64,000 nt of DNA, taken from positions 680,807 to 744,806 of the forward strand of contig NW_005434655.1 of the NCBI RefSeq assembly GCF_000315625.1. The letters run 5' to 3'. The notes below the pieces were generated by a model. The model was not told where the DNA came from, searched no databases, and saw only the letters and a program-made list of their open reading frames with translations. The position numbers and the translations under genes are program-made. Positions 12,171-23,599 of this stretch are shown one piece after another. Position 1 is the first letter of the stretch; each line of letters starts with the position of its first letter. Source of the DNA: Guillardia theta CCMP2712 (Eukaryota; Protista; Cryptophyta).

Positions 12171-15162
12171 TGACGGGAAGTTGCATCAGAATCTTCTCAG
12201 CTCGGAAAGTCTCGCCTGAGACAAGCAAGGGTGTTCCTCTTGCCAACATCAGGGTACCTCGCTTGCAAAGAGGGCTCGACGCGAAGCCATGGAGTCTGCC
12301 TCCTGGGCTGAAGCAGAAGCTGAAGGCCGTGTATGAAAGGTATAAAAAGTCAGGCGCACAAGGAGGAGGAGACATTGAAGAGAGCGAAGTTTGGATGAGT
12401 TTGAGCATGAGCCCCAAACAGATCCAGCAGCATGCCGAGAGCTCACGATCGTTCAGCGTGTTCGAGAAGACGATCGCGAGAGAGTGGGAGCTGACCTGCA
12501 AGACTGAGCGCCTCTCTCAGCTCGGTATCTTGCGCTCCATCGCCGAGGTCATCCCAGGAGGAGACGCCAGTGACCCCCTAGCAGATATCCTTGAGCTCGC
12601 GCCGGAGGCGCTGCGTGAGTACTGCGCGTCGTCGATCAGCAATGCTGTGGAACGAAAGCTGCTCGGGGAGCGATCAGATACAACAGGAGGTGACCAGGAG
12701 AAGGAGGAGGAGGAGGAGGAGGTCATGTCGGCGGGCAATGGAAAGTTCCTTCTCTCTGATGCCCGCACTGCGACGTTTGGGGGGCTGGAGAAGTTTCATG
12801 GGGGGCTGGTGGAGCTGATAGGGCTGCCTAGCGTCGACCTCCTGCATGGGATGGCGAGTGAACACTCTGAGAGAGGAGACTCTGAGGAAGAGTTCAGCCC
12901 CGGCAACTACGCCATCATCACAACACCCAGGCAAGAGTGGGAGGCAGTCACTGACCCTGAGCAGCGGAGGCTCCGCTCGGTGGCTCCGAGGAGGATCCGG
13001 TCGATCGAGGAGATCATGAAGGAGGAGAACGTCGAGAAGGCAGGTTTGCGGAGGGAGGAGGCACTTGCCTTGCAGCTGTATACAGGTTCGTAGGCGTGCA
13101 TTGCGGGATCGCTCGAGTGATGTTGATGACGTGGACAGGTCCTATGTACTGGAAGTACAACACGGTGCTCCGGAACCCCCCGGACATGCTGCAGGATCCT
13201 CCACCGGACGCGTTTGTGCGGCTGCGAGGCAACAAGTACACGACGACCATCTACTGCATCGTCAGTGGGATCATCAAATTGTCCAAGGTCACTCCTCTCC
13301 CTCCCGCCCGCGTCGTCTACCGGGGGCTCCACGGGCTCGAGATGCCGTCCAAGTTTGTGTCACAAGATGATTACGGGGTGTCAGGTGGGGTGGAGCTGGG
13401 GATGTTGAGCACGAGCCAGGACATGAAGGTTGCCGTTCAGTACGCTGGGAAGGGGTTGCTTCCTACCGTCTTCGAGATCAGCTGTGGGGCGGTTGACCGC
13501 GGTGCTTCGTTGACGTTTTTGTCGCAATACCCAGGAGAGGAGGAGATGCTGTACCCTCCACTCTCTTACCTGGAGCTGATCAGAGAGCCGCAGATCAGGA
13601 CGCTCGAGGGGAAGTCCGTGAGGATCTTGCCGCTGAAGATCAACTCGAACATGACGTGCTCGACTATCGAAGATATCCTGGCGAAGAGGAAGCAGCTGTT
13701 CATTGCTCTCTTGGAGAATATCATGGAAGAGATTGAGCGAGATCTGACCAAGATCATGGAGTCGCCTGCGCTGCAGGAGCGTTTGGCAAGAGCTGCCTTC
13801 GACAAGACATGGGATGGGCACACCAAACTTCGCCGCTCCATCTCGAAGCAGTGCAGAGCCATGCACGACATGTATAAGCAGAAGGACGTTTCGTGGTACA
13901 ATGATGACAACAACTACAACTATGCGCTGGATCAGGCGACCATGCTCAAGAAGATGGCGATGAACAAATTCCAATTCTGGTTGAACGACACAGACGGGGA
14001 CAATCAAAGTCTCCCAATCTCCAAGGAGAGTCTGCGGGATGTCTATCACAGTAAGATGGCTCACCTGTATAGGAGAGTATGGAGCAGCGAGGAGAATGAG
14101 TTGACTCGTAAGCAAGCAGCAGTTGACGCATGCAAGATGCATGGAGTGTGGGCGGAAGGCGAGATAGAGGAAGAAGCTCCTCCCATGATCCGAGCCGTGC
14201 TCAAGGGGCAGCTCGAGATGCTCCCGCTGCTTACCGCTGCGGGCAGCAACGTGAACGCTACCTCTCAGAACGGCACGTCTGCCCTTCACGCGGCTGTGAT
14301 GATGGGGTTCACTCGATGTATCCTCCTCCTGCTGGAGATGGGAGCCGACCTCGAGTCCAGGACGGAGGAAGGGATGACGGTGCTGCACGTCGGAGCGAAG
14401 CATGGGCACGTAGAGGCGTTGAAGGCTCTCATGCAGGCTGGTGGACAACACCTCGTCTCACAGGTGGCAGCGGACGGCAAGACCTGCCTGCACTACGCCT
14501 GTGAGCACGGGCATGTGGACGCCGTGAAGGCGATCACAGCGGTGGGGGAGGAGGGGCTGGTGATGGCTCCGGACAAGTACAAGAGGACATGCGCCCACTG
14601 GGCCTGCATGAACGGGCAGGAGCGAGCTCTCCGAGCTGTGCTGGAGGTGGGCGGAGCAATGCTGGCCATGGCTCCAGCAAATGATGGGAGGAACTGCGCG
14701 CACTACGCGCTGCAGTATGGGCAGATCGAGTGCCTCGAGGCAGCGCTGGTCGTGGGAGGAAAGGAGCTCGCGCTCGCGTCGGACAAGTCGGGCAGGAGCT
14801 GTGGGCACTACGCATGTGGAAACGGAGATCTGCGAGGGCTGGAGGTGCTGCTGAGGGTAGGAGGGAGGGAAACGGCCATGGCGGTGGACAACGATGGCAG
14901 GACATGCGCGCACTACGCCTGTGATCATGGGCTGGTGGAGGGGCTCAGGGTGCTGCTGGAGCTGGGGGGGAAGGAGCTTGCGATGGCGATGGACAAGTAT
15001 GGGAGAACTTGCGCGCAGATCCTGTACAAGAAGGAGCTCACGCAGGGACTAAACCTGCTGTTGAATGTCTGCGGGTGTGAACTGAGTTCTCTAGTCGATT
15101 CAAGTCTCCTCGCATCCAAACCTGGGGTGGAACCAAGTCCAGAGCTTCCAACCAAAGAATGA
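12170..15162 (+). CDS. R-S-E (cholera-toxin-like/ARTC) mono-ADP-ribosyltransferase domain protein with C-terminal ankyrin repeats
   Basis: ORFs 12170-13093 and 13096-15162 are joined by a GT-AG intron at 13086-13138, giving LQLYTG|PMYWKYN. Motifs VVYRGL (R), MLSTS (STS) and YPGEEEMLYP (ExE), then about 9 ankyrin repeats (GTSALHAA, GMTVLHVGA, GKTCLHYAC, GRTCAHYAC). True start may lie upstream. Confidence 0.85.
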
Positions 15163-15166
15163 GCGA

Positions 15167-15360
15167 CTTCTTCCCTGTCTCCGAAGTTTGGAGTTTGCTT
15201 ATGAAGACAAGTGCCGCATGCGCTGCTTTCGACCAGAGTGTTCTTCTGGAGCTGGGCAAGGCTTTTGATTGGCCCTTGGCGGACGGAGGCTTGGACGCTG
15301 ACTTCAACCGTTGAACCTGGCCAGCTCTTCTTCCCTGTCTCCGAAGTTTGGAGTTTGCTT
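15167..15360. repeat. 34-bp exact direct repeat, copies at 15167-15200 and 15327-15360
   Basis: cttcttccctgtctccgaagtttggagtttgctt occurs twice, 160 bp apart. Confidence 0.9.
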
Positions 15361-16576
15361 TCTTCAAGCGTCAACTTCCATACCAGGAGGCCCGGGGGGA
15401 GACGGCTTCACCCCTCAAGCAGGTGTCAGTCTATCAGCTTATTACATCGCCACGGCCAGTTTCTTACAATGGAGCGCTACTTTACCGTGTGTGCAGTGTT
15501 GGACATTTTCGACCCCTCCACTGTTCTCCCAGTTGGATGGTACCCTCCGTCGAGCAGACGAGCCGGATATTGCACTCCCTCCCCTACTCGCTTCCTTCCT
15601 GCGGGTGCATCAGGCTCTGCTTGATCGTGGAGTGCCGCGATACCTGGACCCCAGTGATCTGGAGGACGCACGCTTGCACAATTCGATCCCCTCTCCAGCG
15701 CTCTTTCAACTCGCGGGCGGACCTCCATTTCTCTCCTCCCCGCGCTCAGTCACTGGACGGTTGATGGCAGACTATTCCCCCTCATCTGGAGCGGCAGGCG
15801 CGATTATCTCAGGTTCAGGCAGCTCTCCTCCGGGCTCATGGCAGCTACACTGTGGAGCTCTATCCCCCCGGCGAGTCAGCGAGTCAGTCTTCGACCCCTT
15901 TCCCCCTTCGGAAGACCCAAAACCCACAGCGGCGCTTGCAATACTCTCTGATGGAGGCCACCAACGTTCACCCCTCTAACCAGTGTCCCATCCACCTCGC
16001 ACGAGGGGTCGATCGCTTCCTGCATGGGCTACCCCCGGCTGGACTGCCTCCCACTTGTGATCGATGGGCTACAGCTCTGGATCCCTCGGCAGGAAGCAGT
16101 GTCTCTCATTTGGCCAACTGTCGTCATTGCGCAGCTCTCTGGGGCCCCACCAACCGACACATGGGCGCCTCTGGCTCCCTGGCCTGAAGTCCAGAACCAG
16201 CCCATTCCAGGTGGTACCCGGGCCTGGCGGACCACCATGGAGCTACGCTGACGGCAGAGTGGGATGGACGCGCTCAGGAGGCGGTGTATGGGGACCCTGG
16301 CTTTCATCGTTTGCGTGCTCGCCTGTTTCGGCAGTATCGCTCTCGCATGGGTCTCGCCGTCCTCCTCGCAGGAGCCTTGCTCTACTGCTGTTTGTCCTGA
16401 TCTTGTTCCCCTGCTTATCGTGCATCCTGTCGCTTGCGTGGCCCAGTTGGAGTAGCGGTTTTTGCTGCCTCTTCCATTTGCTAGTGTTTTATTGAGGCGG
16501 GTTTGTTGGATTTATCCTCGTTCTCCTCTGTTAGGCTCCGGTTTGCCTTTTTTTTTTCAGTCAATAAACAAAAATT
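15361..16576 (+). mobile_element. Putative degenerate, 5'-truncated retroelement-like repeat
   Basis: Broken ORFs ending in a T-run plus cagtcaataaa. The terminal ~130 bp (16443-16568) has a diverged copy at 47386-47489. No RT or endonuclease motif recognised. Confidence 0.4.
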
Positions 16577-16588
16577 TCAAGGGCTGGT

Positions 16589-19060
16589 ATGCATGATCAC
16601 GTTGATGCGAGGTCGGAGGGATTCAGCATGAGGAGACTGTTGTGTGTCTGTGTGCTTTGGGTTGCAATCTTGGATAGCATGTACCAACAGGCCGAGGCGG
16701 CAAGCAGCGTGAGCTGTGGAGGCTGTGTGTTGTATGTCTCGGATGAGGGTTTGTTGTCGAGGGAGGGGAGCTGTGGCAGCGACTGTGGAACTGATATTAG
16801 CGGTAAGAAAATGTTGATTCTGAGTTCCCTGGGTATTCGAAATATCGCAAATGGGACCTTCGACGGGCTTTCAAGCTTGCAGGGACTATTTCTTTACTAC
16901 AACAACCTGCAGACTCTGCCTGCAGGGATCTTCGACGGGCTCTCTCGCTTGCAGTGGCTATATCTGTACAACAACAACCTGCAGACTCTGCCTACAGGGA
17001 CCTTCGACGGGCTGTCGAGCTTGCAGTATCTACACATCCACCACAACAGCCTGGAAAGTCTGCCTGCAGGGATCTTCGACGGGCTCTCGAGTTTGCAGGA
17101 TCTATATATGTACAACAACAACCTGCAGACTCTGCCTACAGGGACCTTCGACGGGCTGTCGAGCTTGCAGGATCTACATCTTAACAACAATAACCTGCAG
17201 ACTCTGCCTGCAGGGATCTTCGACGGGCTCTCTAGCTTGCAATTGCTATATCTGTACAACAACAACCTGGAAAGTCTGCCTACAGGGATCTTCGACGGGC
17301 TATCGAGCTTGCAGACGCTGAATCTCCACTACAACAACCTGCAGACTCTGCCTGCAGGGATCTTCGACGGGCTCTCGAGCTTGCAGACGCTACGTCTCCA
17401 CAACAACAACCTGGAAAGTCTGCCTACAGGGACCTTCGACGGGCTGTCGCGCTTGAAGTATCTATATCTTAACAACAACAACCTGGAAAGTCTGCCTGCA
17501 GGGATCTTCGACGGGCTATCGAGCTTGCAGTGGCTATATCTTTACAACAACAACCTGGAAAGTCTGCCTACAGGGATCTTCGACGGGCTATCGAGCTTGC
17601 AATTGCTATATCTTCAAAACAACAACATTGCCTGCATTTCCTCTCAGGCCTTTACTGGTTTGTCATGGCTTTCCTCTTTAGACCTAACAGGCAACATTCT
17701 ACCGTGCTATCATCCGTCTTGGCCAAGCTTTGCCAGCAAGGATGCGGGCCTAAATCCTTGCCTCAACGAGACTTATTGCAACAACAGGCGACAAAGTACC
17801 TCCATCGCAAGCTCCTTCAGCCCAACCACAACGCCACCAGCATCCTCTCCCACAGCTTCTGACACCACTGCATCACTGTCACAAGAGACCACTGTTGGTC
17901 CCTTTATCCCAACAACAACACCAACTGGTGTAGATCCAGACGAACCATTGCCGATGGAAGAGGAAAAGAGCGGAGTGCTCAAACCCATTGTCTGGTATAA
18001 ATTTGATGACCCCAATGACTTGGGAAAAGACAGCAGCGGCAACAGTTACAGTGCAACAAACTATGGAGCTACATATGATTCTGGCAAGAACTGTAAACAG
18101 GGAGATGGCTGTGTGCACTTCAGCGCAAGCGGGACCCAGCAGTACATGACAGTGGATAATCGTTTGGATCTTGGTACAATCCAGCAGCAGAGCGGCATCA
18201 CCGTTAGCTTCTGGGGCTACATGACGGAATTGAGTGGATATTGGGCTCGTTACTTTGACTTTGGTGGGAGGAATAGCACCTACTTCTACCACGGTGGAGG
18301 CGCGAACCTATACAACTGGTTGTTCGCCGCCCCAAGTACTTCAACATACCCGACATGGCTTCAGCTTGATATCTACGGCGGCAAAGGATATTTTTCGGTG
18401 CCTTTTTCTAAGCACGTGATCTCGAGTTGGCATCACTTTGTTTTCTCCATCAGCAAGAATGGAAGCGCGTCGGCAAACACATGGTCGGTATGGATCGATA
18501 ACGAGCTGGTATGCGATGCGTGTCATGCTAGTGGACTGACTTCCATTCCAATGGATGAAAGGGGATGGTATATTGCGCGTTCTCATTGGGAAGTAGACGG
18601 AAAGACTGATGGTGGCATGGACGACTTCCGTATTTACGATCAAGCCCTCACTGCCTTGCAAGTCGCAGAACTTACAGAAATATACTATGATTCTGTGGAA
18701 TACAATCCTGTTTCAACCCCGTCCAAGGCATACTGGTTTCTCCGCCCAGTCTACGTCAATTGCCAAATGAATCACACTTGGGATGATGTCATCCACGGAC
18801 AATTAGCGAAGAACCAGACCTTCAAGTCGGGTGGACTCGGGAAGCTGATGACTCGAGGCGAGTTCGAGGTGTGGGTGTGCAGCTATCAAGACGAATGTGC
18901 TAAGCCCCGCAATCCCTTCTGTTACGTTTTCAACGAGCAGCAAAAGCTCTTCATACCATGGTGAGTTGTCATTCTCTTCATCGAAAAACTTGAACGACTG
19001 GGTTAGTCAGTTCTAAGGCATTTCTACAGGGGTCTGGAGGATGAGCTCATGCTCAGTTAG
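16589..19060 (+). CDS. Secreted leucine-rich-repeat protein (24-aa typical LRRs) with Ser/Thr/Pro stalk and LamG/concanavalin-like domain
   Basis: Signal peptide MRRLLCVCVLWVAILDS..., Cys cap, 13 LRRs (LxLxxNNLxxLPxGxFDGLSSLQ), PTTTPP stalk, and a LamG3-like domain (VWYKFDD...ITVSFW...WHHFVFS...GGMDDFRIYDQAL). Probable last intron 18961-19029. Confidence 0.9.
16855..17620 (+). repeat. 72-bp coding tandem repeat (LRR cassettes), about 10-11 units
   Basis: Near-identical DNA units aacaacctg(cagact/gaaagt)ctgcct(g/a)caggga(t/c)cttcgacgggct... Confidence 0.95.
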
Positions 19061-21102
19061 AGCTAGTACCTCCGAATGCGTTGACTTCGAAAGCAAAACA
19101 TACAAAACTTGCCAAATTGTAAAACCGGGCTGTCGACGTTTGTCGGGCCTGACTATCTAGGCTATGACCGCCGCCGGTGTTAAGATCAAGCATGAACTAC
19201 GCCTCTACTAGGCTGCTGAGTCTAGGCTGGCATACATCCCCTCTAAAGTTTCAGTTTGTCTCACAGACCTTTAGTTATCTCGTAATTGCTAAATCCCGAG
19301 GCACATGCCCCTCAGCCTCGATTGGTAGAGGTCTATCTTTCTTGTCCACCTGCGTGTTAGTCGCTTGTCGAGGCAGCAAGGTTCACTTAGAAGTTCTTTA
19401 AGTAGCACGGTCCCTAGGTGAAAATGTAGAACCGGGTACCTTTTGGCTTCTTTTCAATACCTCGTCTTGCACAATACCCTCCTAGGCTACTGCTCATCGT
19501 TTGTAGTATTCAGGGCAATATACGATTTTCGAGCATTGTAATGGTGTGTGAGATTATGACACGAAATTTGAAGCAAATGAGGCATGATGATGATGTTCCG
19601 ATGAAGGTGAAAGCTCAGAATGAGATGTGCAATGAGATTACGCCATTTCTGAAGCATTCTATGTGTTTGCTTTTGGATGTTCATTGGTATGAGGTTATCC
19701 GAGGAGTTGAAGGTTTGCGAAGCATGGTTGAAGGATCCTATTGCTCCCTGCTCATTTCCCGCCTACTGATCCGTCTAAAGGGATTCCTAACTTTGGGAAG
19801 TAATTCTGAAGGAGCAGACTGATTTATTTTTGAATTCTGTAGCATTGAGCAGGTTTACAAGTTTGGGAGATCTTTCGGGTGATTTTCTTTCGCTGCCATC
19901 GCTACTTCATGGGTATTTATTTTCTCTTCACGAATCTTCAATCCCAACCCGAAGCTTACCAGAAGGCTTGCTCTTTCCTTCATAAGGAAATAATACAGGA
20001 ACAGTTCTAGGTCAGCAGATGCCGATGACTTCCAAGATCCTTCAGTCAGGCATCTTGTTGTGTGCGATAGCTGACTTTTTATCTGCGAACATGGAGTTGT
20101 ATCGATTTGGTCAAGGAGACATTGATGAGTTCCGAAAGACTATAGAAACTTCGTTGAGGAACGTTTGTTTTTGCAAGGAGGAAATGTAGAGCTTTGAGCC
20201 CTCGTCCAACTTTGAAGATGAGCTCGCCATGTTGAGGATGGATCCAACAAAGACACTATGGGGAGGGATGAGTGGGGAGGTTGGAGTTCCTTTCATTTGA
20301 GGGCCTCTGCTATTTCAAGTTTTTGAAGTTTGTTATGCGCGTGACGCTGAGAGTAGCTGCGGTGCTTGTGTTTCTGATCATGTCGGACGCATGGGAGCAA
20401 GGTGATCAAGTACATTGCTCTTGTTCTCCTATAGAATTGTGCCACCTGTAGTCTCCGGTTGGATCGCAAGTTGAACTCTTTTCTATGGCTAAGTAACTTT
20501 GTTCTCCCTTGTCCATTTGTGTACTCGAGCGTCGATAATCTACTTCTTGACCTTTCATCGAAATGATTATGCCATATGGCATAGGATCTGAAAGCCTCAC
20601 CTGCTTGTCAGGTGAGGGATTGAGCTGCTATCATCTAGCAAAGACGGTTTCAATCCAAGATATATAAATTTGGAAGCGCTGGCTGTGCCCCCGTCATGGC
20701 CAACACTAGAGTCATATCCTAATGGACTGATAGAACATGATTGTAGCTTGCTAAAGGAGGAACAAGATTGGGGAACAGGAGGATATTGCCTGAAGATTGT
20801 GATGCACAATTCATCAATTAAGGAGGATATCGCTACGGGCTCGTGTTACCGATCTTTGCTGGTTGAGACATACAATGCGACTCCAATGGCAAAAGTGGCC
20901 AAGCATATTCGATCTTCACGAACCAGACTTACACATATAGGGAAAACTGAGATGTTACCGTTTTCTGACTCACTTTTGCTCGGAAGGTGCAATCAATCGC
21001 CAAGAGCTAGAATGATCGCTCACACGACTCTTGTAATATCTTTGCTGTCTTGTGACTTGTTTGCAGCTAGGATGACTTTCATACATGTATGTATGTAATG
21101 TG

Positions 21103-21891
21103 TTAGAGAGGAAAACGGTGTGTCATGCTATCATGCCTCCATTGCCGCCCCATGCGACGCCATGAGACTTGTGAAACCTGAATCGGGGGTGAGAAGCCCT
21201 GAAACATCTTGAATAGTTTGCCGGCTTCCCCTGTGAAGGTTTTGACGGGCATCATGTATGGCCTTGCAAGAGAAGGTCTAAGTTCATAGAGAATCGCTGC
21301 TAGGTCATCCCGCATGTCGCTTGCACTCGTGTACCTGAAGCTCTGTGAGAAGCGAGCAAACGTGAGGATCTGATACAACCAGTTTTCTACTTGCTTATGC
21401 AGCGCTTTGTTCGCAACCTGAGCTATCCTCAGCATGTGTGAACGATTCCCTCGTGGAACCTGAGCGAAAGACGGCGACATGCTAACACGTGTTGATGTGT
21501 TCTTCAGATCTTCACGTGTTGATGTGTTCTTCAGATCTTCACGTGTTGATGTGTTCTTCAGATCTTCACGTGTTGATGTGTTCTTCAGATCTTCACGTGT
21601 TGATGTGTTCTTCAGATCTTCACGTGTTGATGTGTTCTTCAGATCTTCACGTGTTGATGTGTTCTTCAGATCTTCACGTGTTGATGTGTTCTTCAGATCT
21701 TCACGTGTTGATGTGTTCTTCAGATCTTCACGTGTTGATGTGTTCTTCAGATGCTCTTCAATTCGGGGGCTTTCAAGTCCAAGTCCCCGACCATCGTCTT
21801 CCCCCATGAGCCTTTTGACACCTGTGGTTGTCTCCTCCTCTCTCCTCGTCCTCTCTCCTCGTCCTTGTGGCGCAGTGCACCTTCCAATCAT
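21103..21891 (-). CDS. Hypothetical protein exon containing 10x (D/H)LKNTSTRE; probably continues in further exons toward ~19500
   Basis: 262-codon ORF that stays open through the 27-bp array; no domain recognised. Confidence 0.4.
   Translation of the reverse strand: MIGRCTAPQGRGERTRREEETTTGVKRLMGEDDGRGLGLESPRIEEHLKNTSTREDLKNTSTREDLKNTSTREDLKNTSTREDLKNTSTREDLKNTSTREDLKNTSTREDLKNTSTREDLKNTSTREDLKNTSTRVSMSPSFAQVPRGNRSHMLRIAQVANKALHKQVENWLYQILTFARFSQSFRYTSASDMRDDLAAILYELRPSLARPYMMPVKTFTGEAGKLFKMFQGFSPPIQVSQVSWRRMGRQWRHDSMTHRFPL
21486..21753. repeat. 27-bp minisatellite, about 10 copies
   Basis: Unit cacgtgttgatgtgttcttcagatctt repeated head-to-tail without spacers. Confidence 0.97.
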
Positions 21892-23599
21892 TCAAACTTG
21901 AACAAGTTTGGAGTGCGTTACTTTTGATCATCGTTTCCCTCTTCTGCCAATGATGTTTCCTCCCTTTCTTCTTGTCTCTTGTATGGAATCTAACGTGATT
22001 TCGTCTGCAGAGATGATCGGTGGTGTTCTGGAGCCTATATCCCAACCGAGGAGTTATATCAACCATGCTGCTTACGAGGTAGAGCTACAACATTTCGAGA
22101 TCATATCAAGATATGTATGTCTTTGATTTTTATGAAAATTTCAGAGCATCAACGATCAATTCGGAACTGGTGGCAATGATGACATCTTTGGAGAGTGGTA
22201 CGAATACCTGAATGCATTCTTCGAATCTTTTGTTATATTCTTCACTTTCTAATAGCTATCCAACAAGGGTCTGGATAAAGACCACATCGTGACGCTCGGA
22301 CAGGCTATTGGAATGGCTGTTATCGGTGCAATGCAAGCTTTGTAAGATGGAGTGCAAACCTGATTTTTTATCGTTTTCACAGGCTTTAGCGTCTTTGGCA
22401 TTTTCTGGCGGTACTTGGAAGCCAAGAACATTCAACCAGTTGCTCTGAGAAATCAATGTTTGCTGTGCCATCGGTTTGACGAACCTTGTTATTTGTGCAG
22501 GCTCCAAGAGAGGGCGTTTGGAGCATGGAGTGAAATGAGCTTGTACTTTCGCGCTTTCGAATGTCTGATTGCATTCTTTCTTGAAAATAGGCGATAGTGT
22601 AGAGAAATAAATTGCGACTTTAGTGTGAGCTTCAAGATGCACTTCATTGCAGTGTTGGCTGCTGGTTGTACTCAACCATTTATCACTCCATACACATCAA
22701 TATCCCTTAACCGGGAAGTGATATCCTCTACTTCTTGCTTCTTCCTCTCCCGGTGCCCATCTCTCGTCTTCTCCTTTCCCTCCCTCCTTGTTCTTGGTCA
22801 TGCCAGGTCCCTTTTGGAGAAAATGGAAGGGTTGGTGAGGGGAGAGAAAAAGGAAGGATCAATGAAATTCCGCAGGGAGATCTGACATCGATCAGGACAT
22901 CGATGGTTTCCGCAGACCTTATGGCGTGTTTTCTCTGACGACTTGTAGACCCAGAGATGAGCAAAACAGCCATCAACGTCCTCTCGGCTGCATTCGTTCT
23001 TCTGCTCTTAGCGGACCTGACAAGGGCTCGTTGTGCACTCGCTTGCGTTCTGCTCCCACCCTGTGTATCATGCTGGGCTTTACGAGCGGTCACAACAAGC
23101 TGACGCTAACACGCATCTCCCACCCACCAAAAGCAACTAGATTGCGAATGTGGCAAGTTTGGTGAGACCCTGAGACCGTCTACGCCGACTAGCACGCGAA
23201 TCTCACCACTAGCAAAGACATTTCCTTTAGAAACTTGTAGTGAAGGTATTACTCATATTGTATAATAGAAACCACCCGCCTCAGGGATTGCGTATAGAAT
23301 TTCACACGGGCAGCAAACCTCGGAACGCGCGGCCTATTGTAATCGTGAACGGACTTTGTAGGGTAGTCATAGGGAGCTCGGGCCGGGTTGTAGGAAACCG
23401 GGCTCCGATATCGGATGGAGTACCCCCACCCCTGTAGACTTCAAGGGTCTAAAACACCCTGGGTAGTCATCGGCTTTCACAATGCAGCCAACAGCAGCAT
23501 ACTAAGGGCGTCGCAACGTTGAGCGGGAGATCGAGGTAGAGGAGGGGAGATCAGTGAAGGAGAGAGAAGATGTGCAAGGGCATACATGCGTCAGATGCC

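Noticed and set aside
13381-14928. Long antisense ORFs opposite the ART-ankyrin gene (similar ones lie opposite ABC1K and the FN3/LysM gene)
   Set aside because: Shadow ORFs expected from GC-rich codon usage; no independent motifs.
21486-21753. CRISPR-like array
   Set aside because: Units are contiguous with no unique spacers, there are no cas genes, and the context is eukaryotic; it is a minisatellite.
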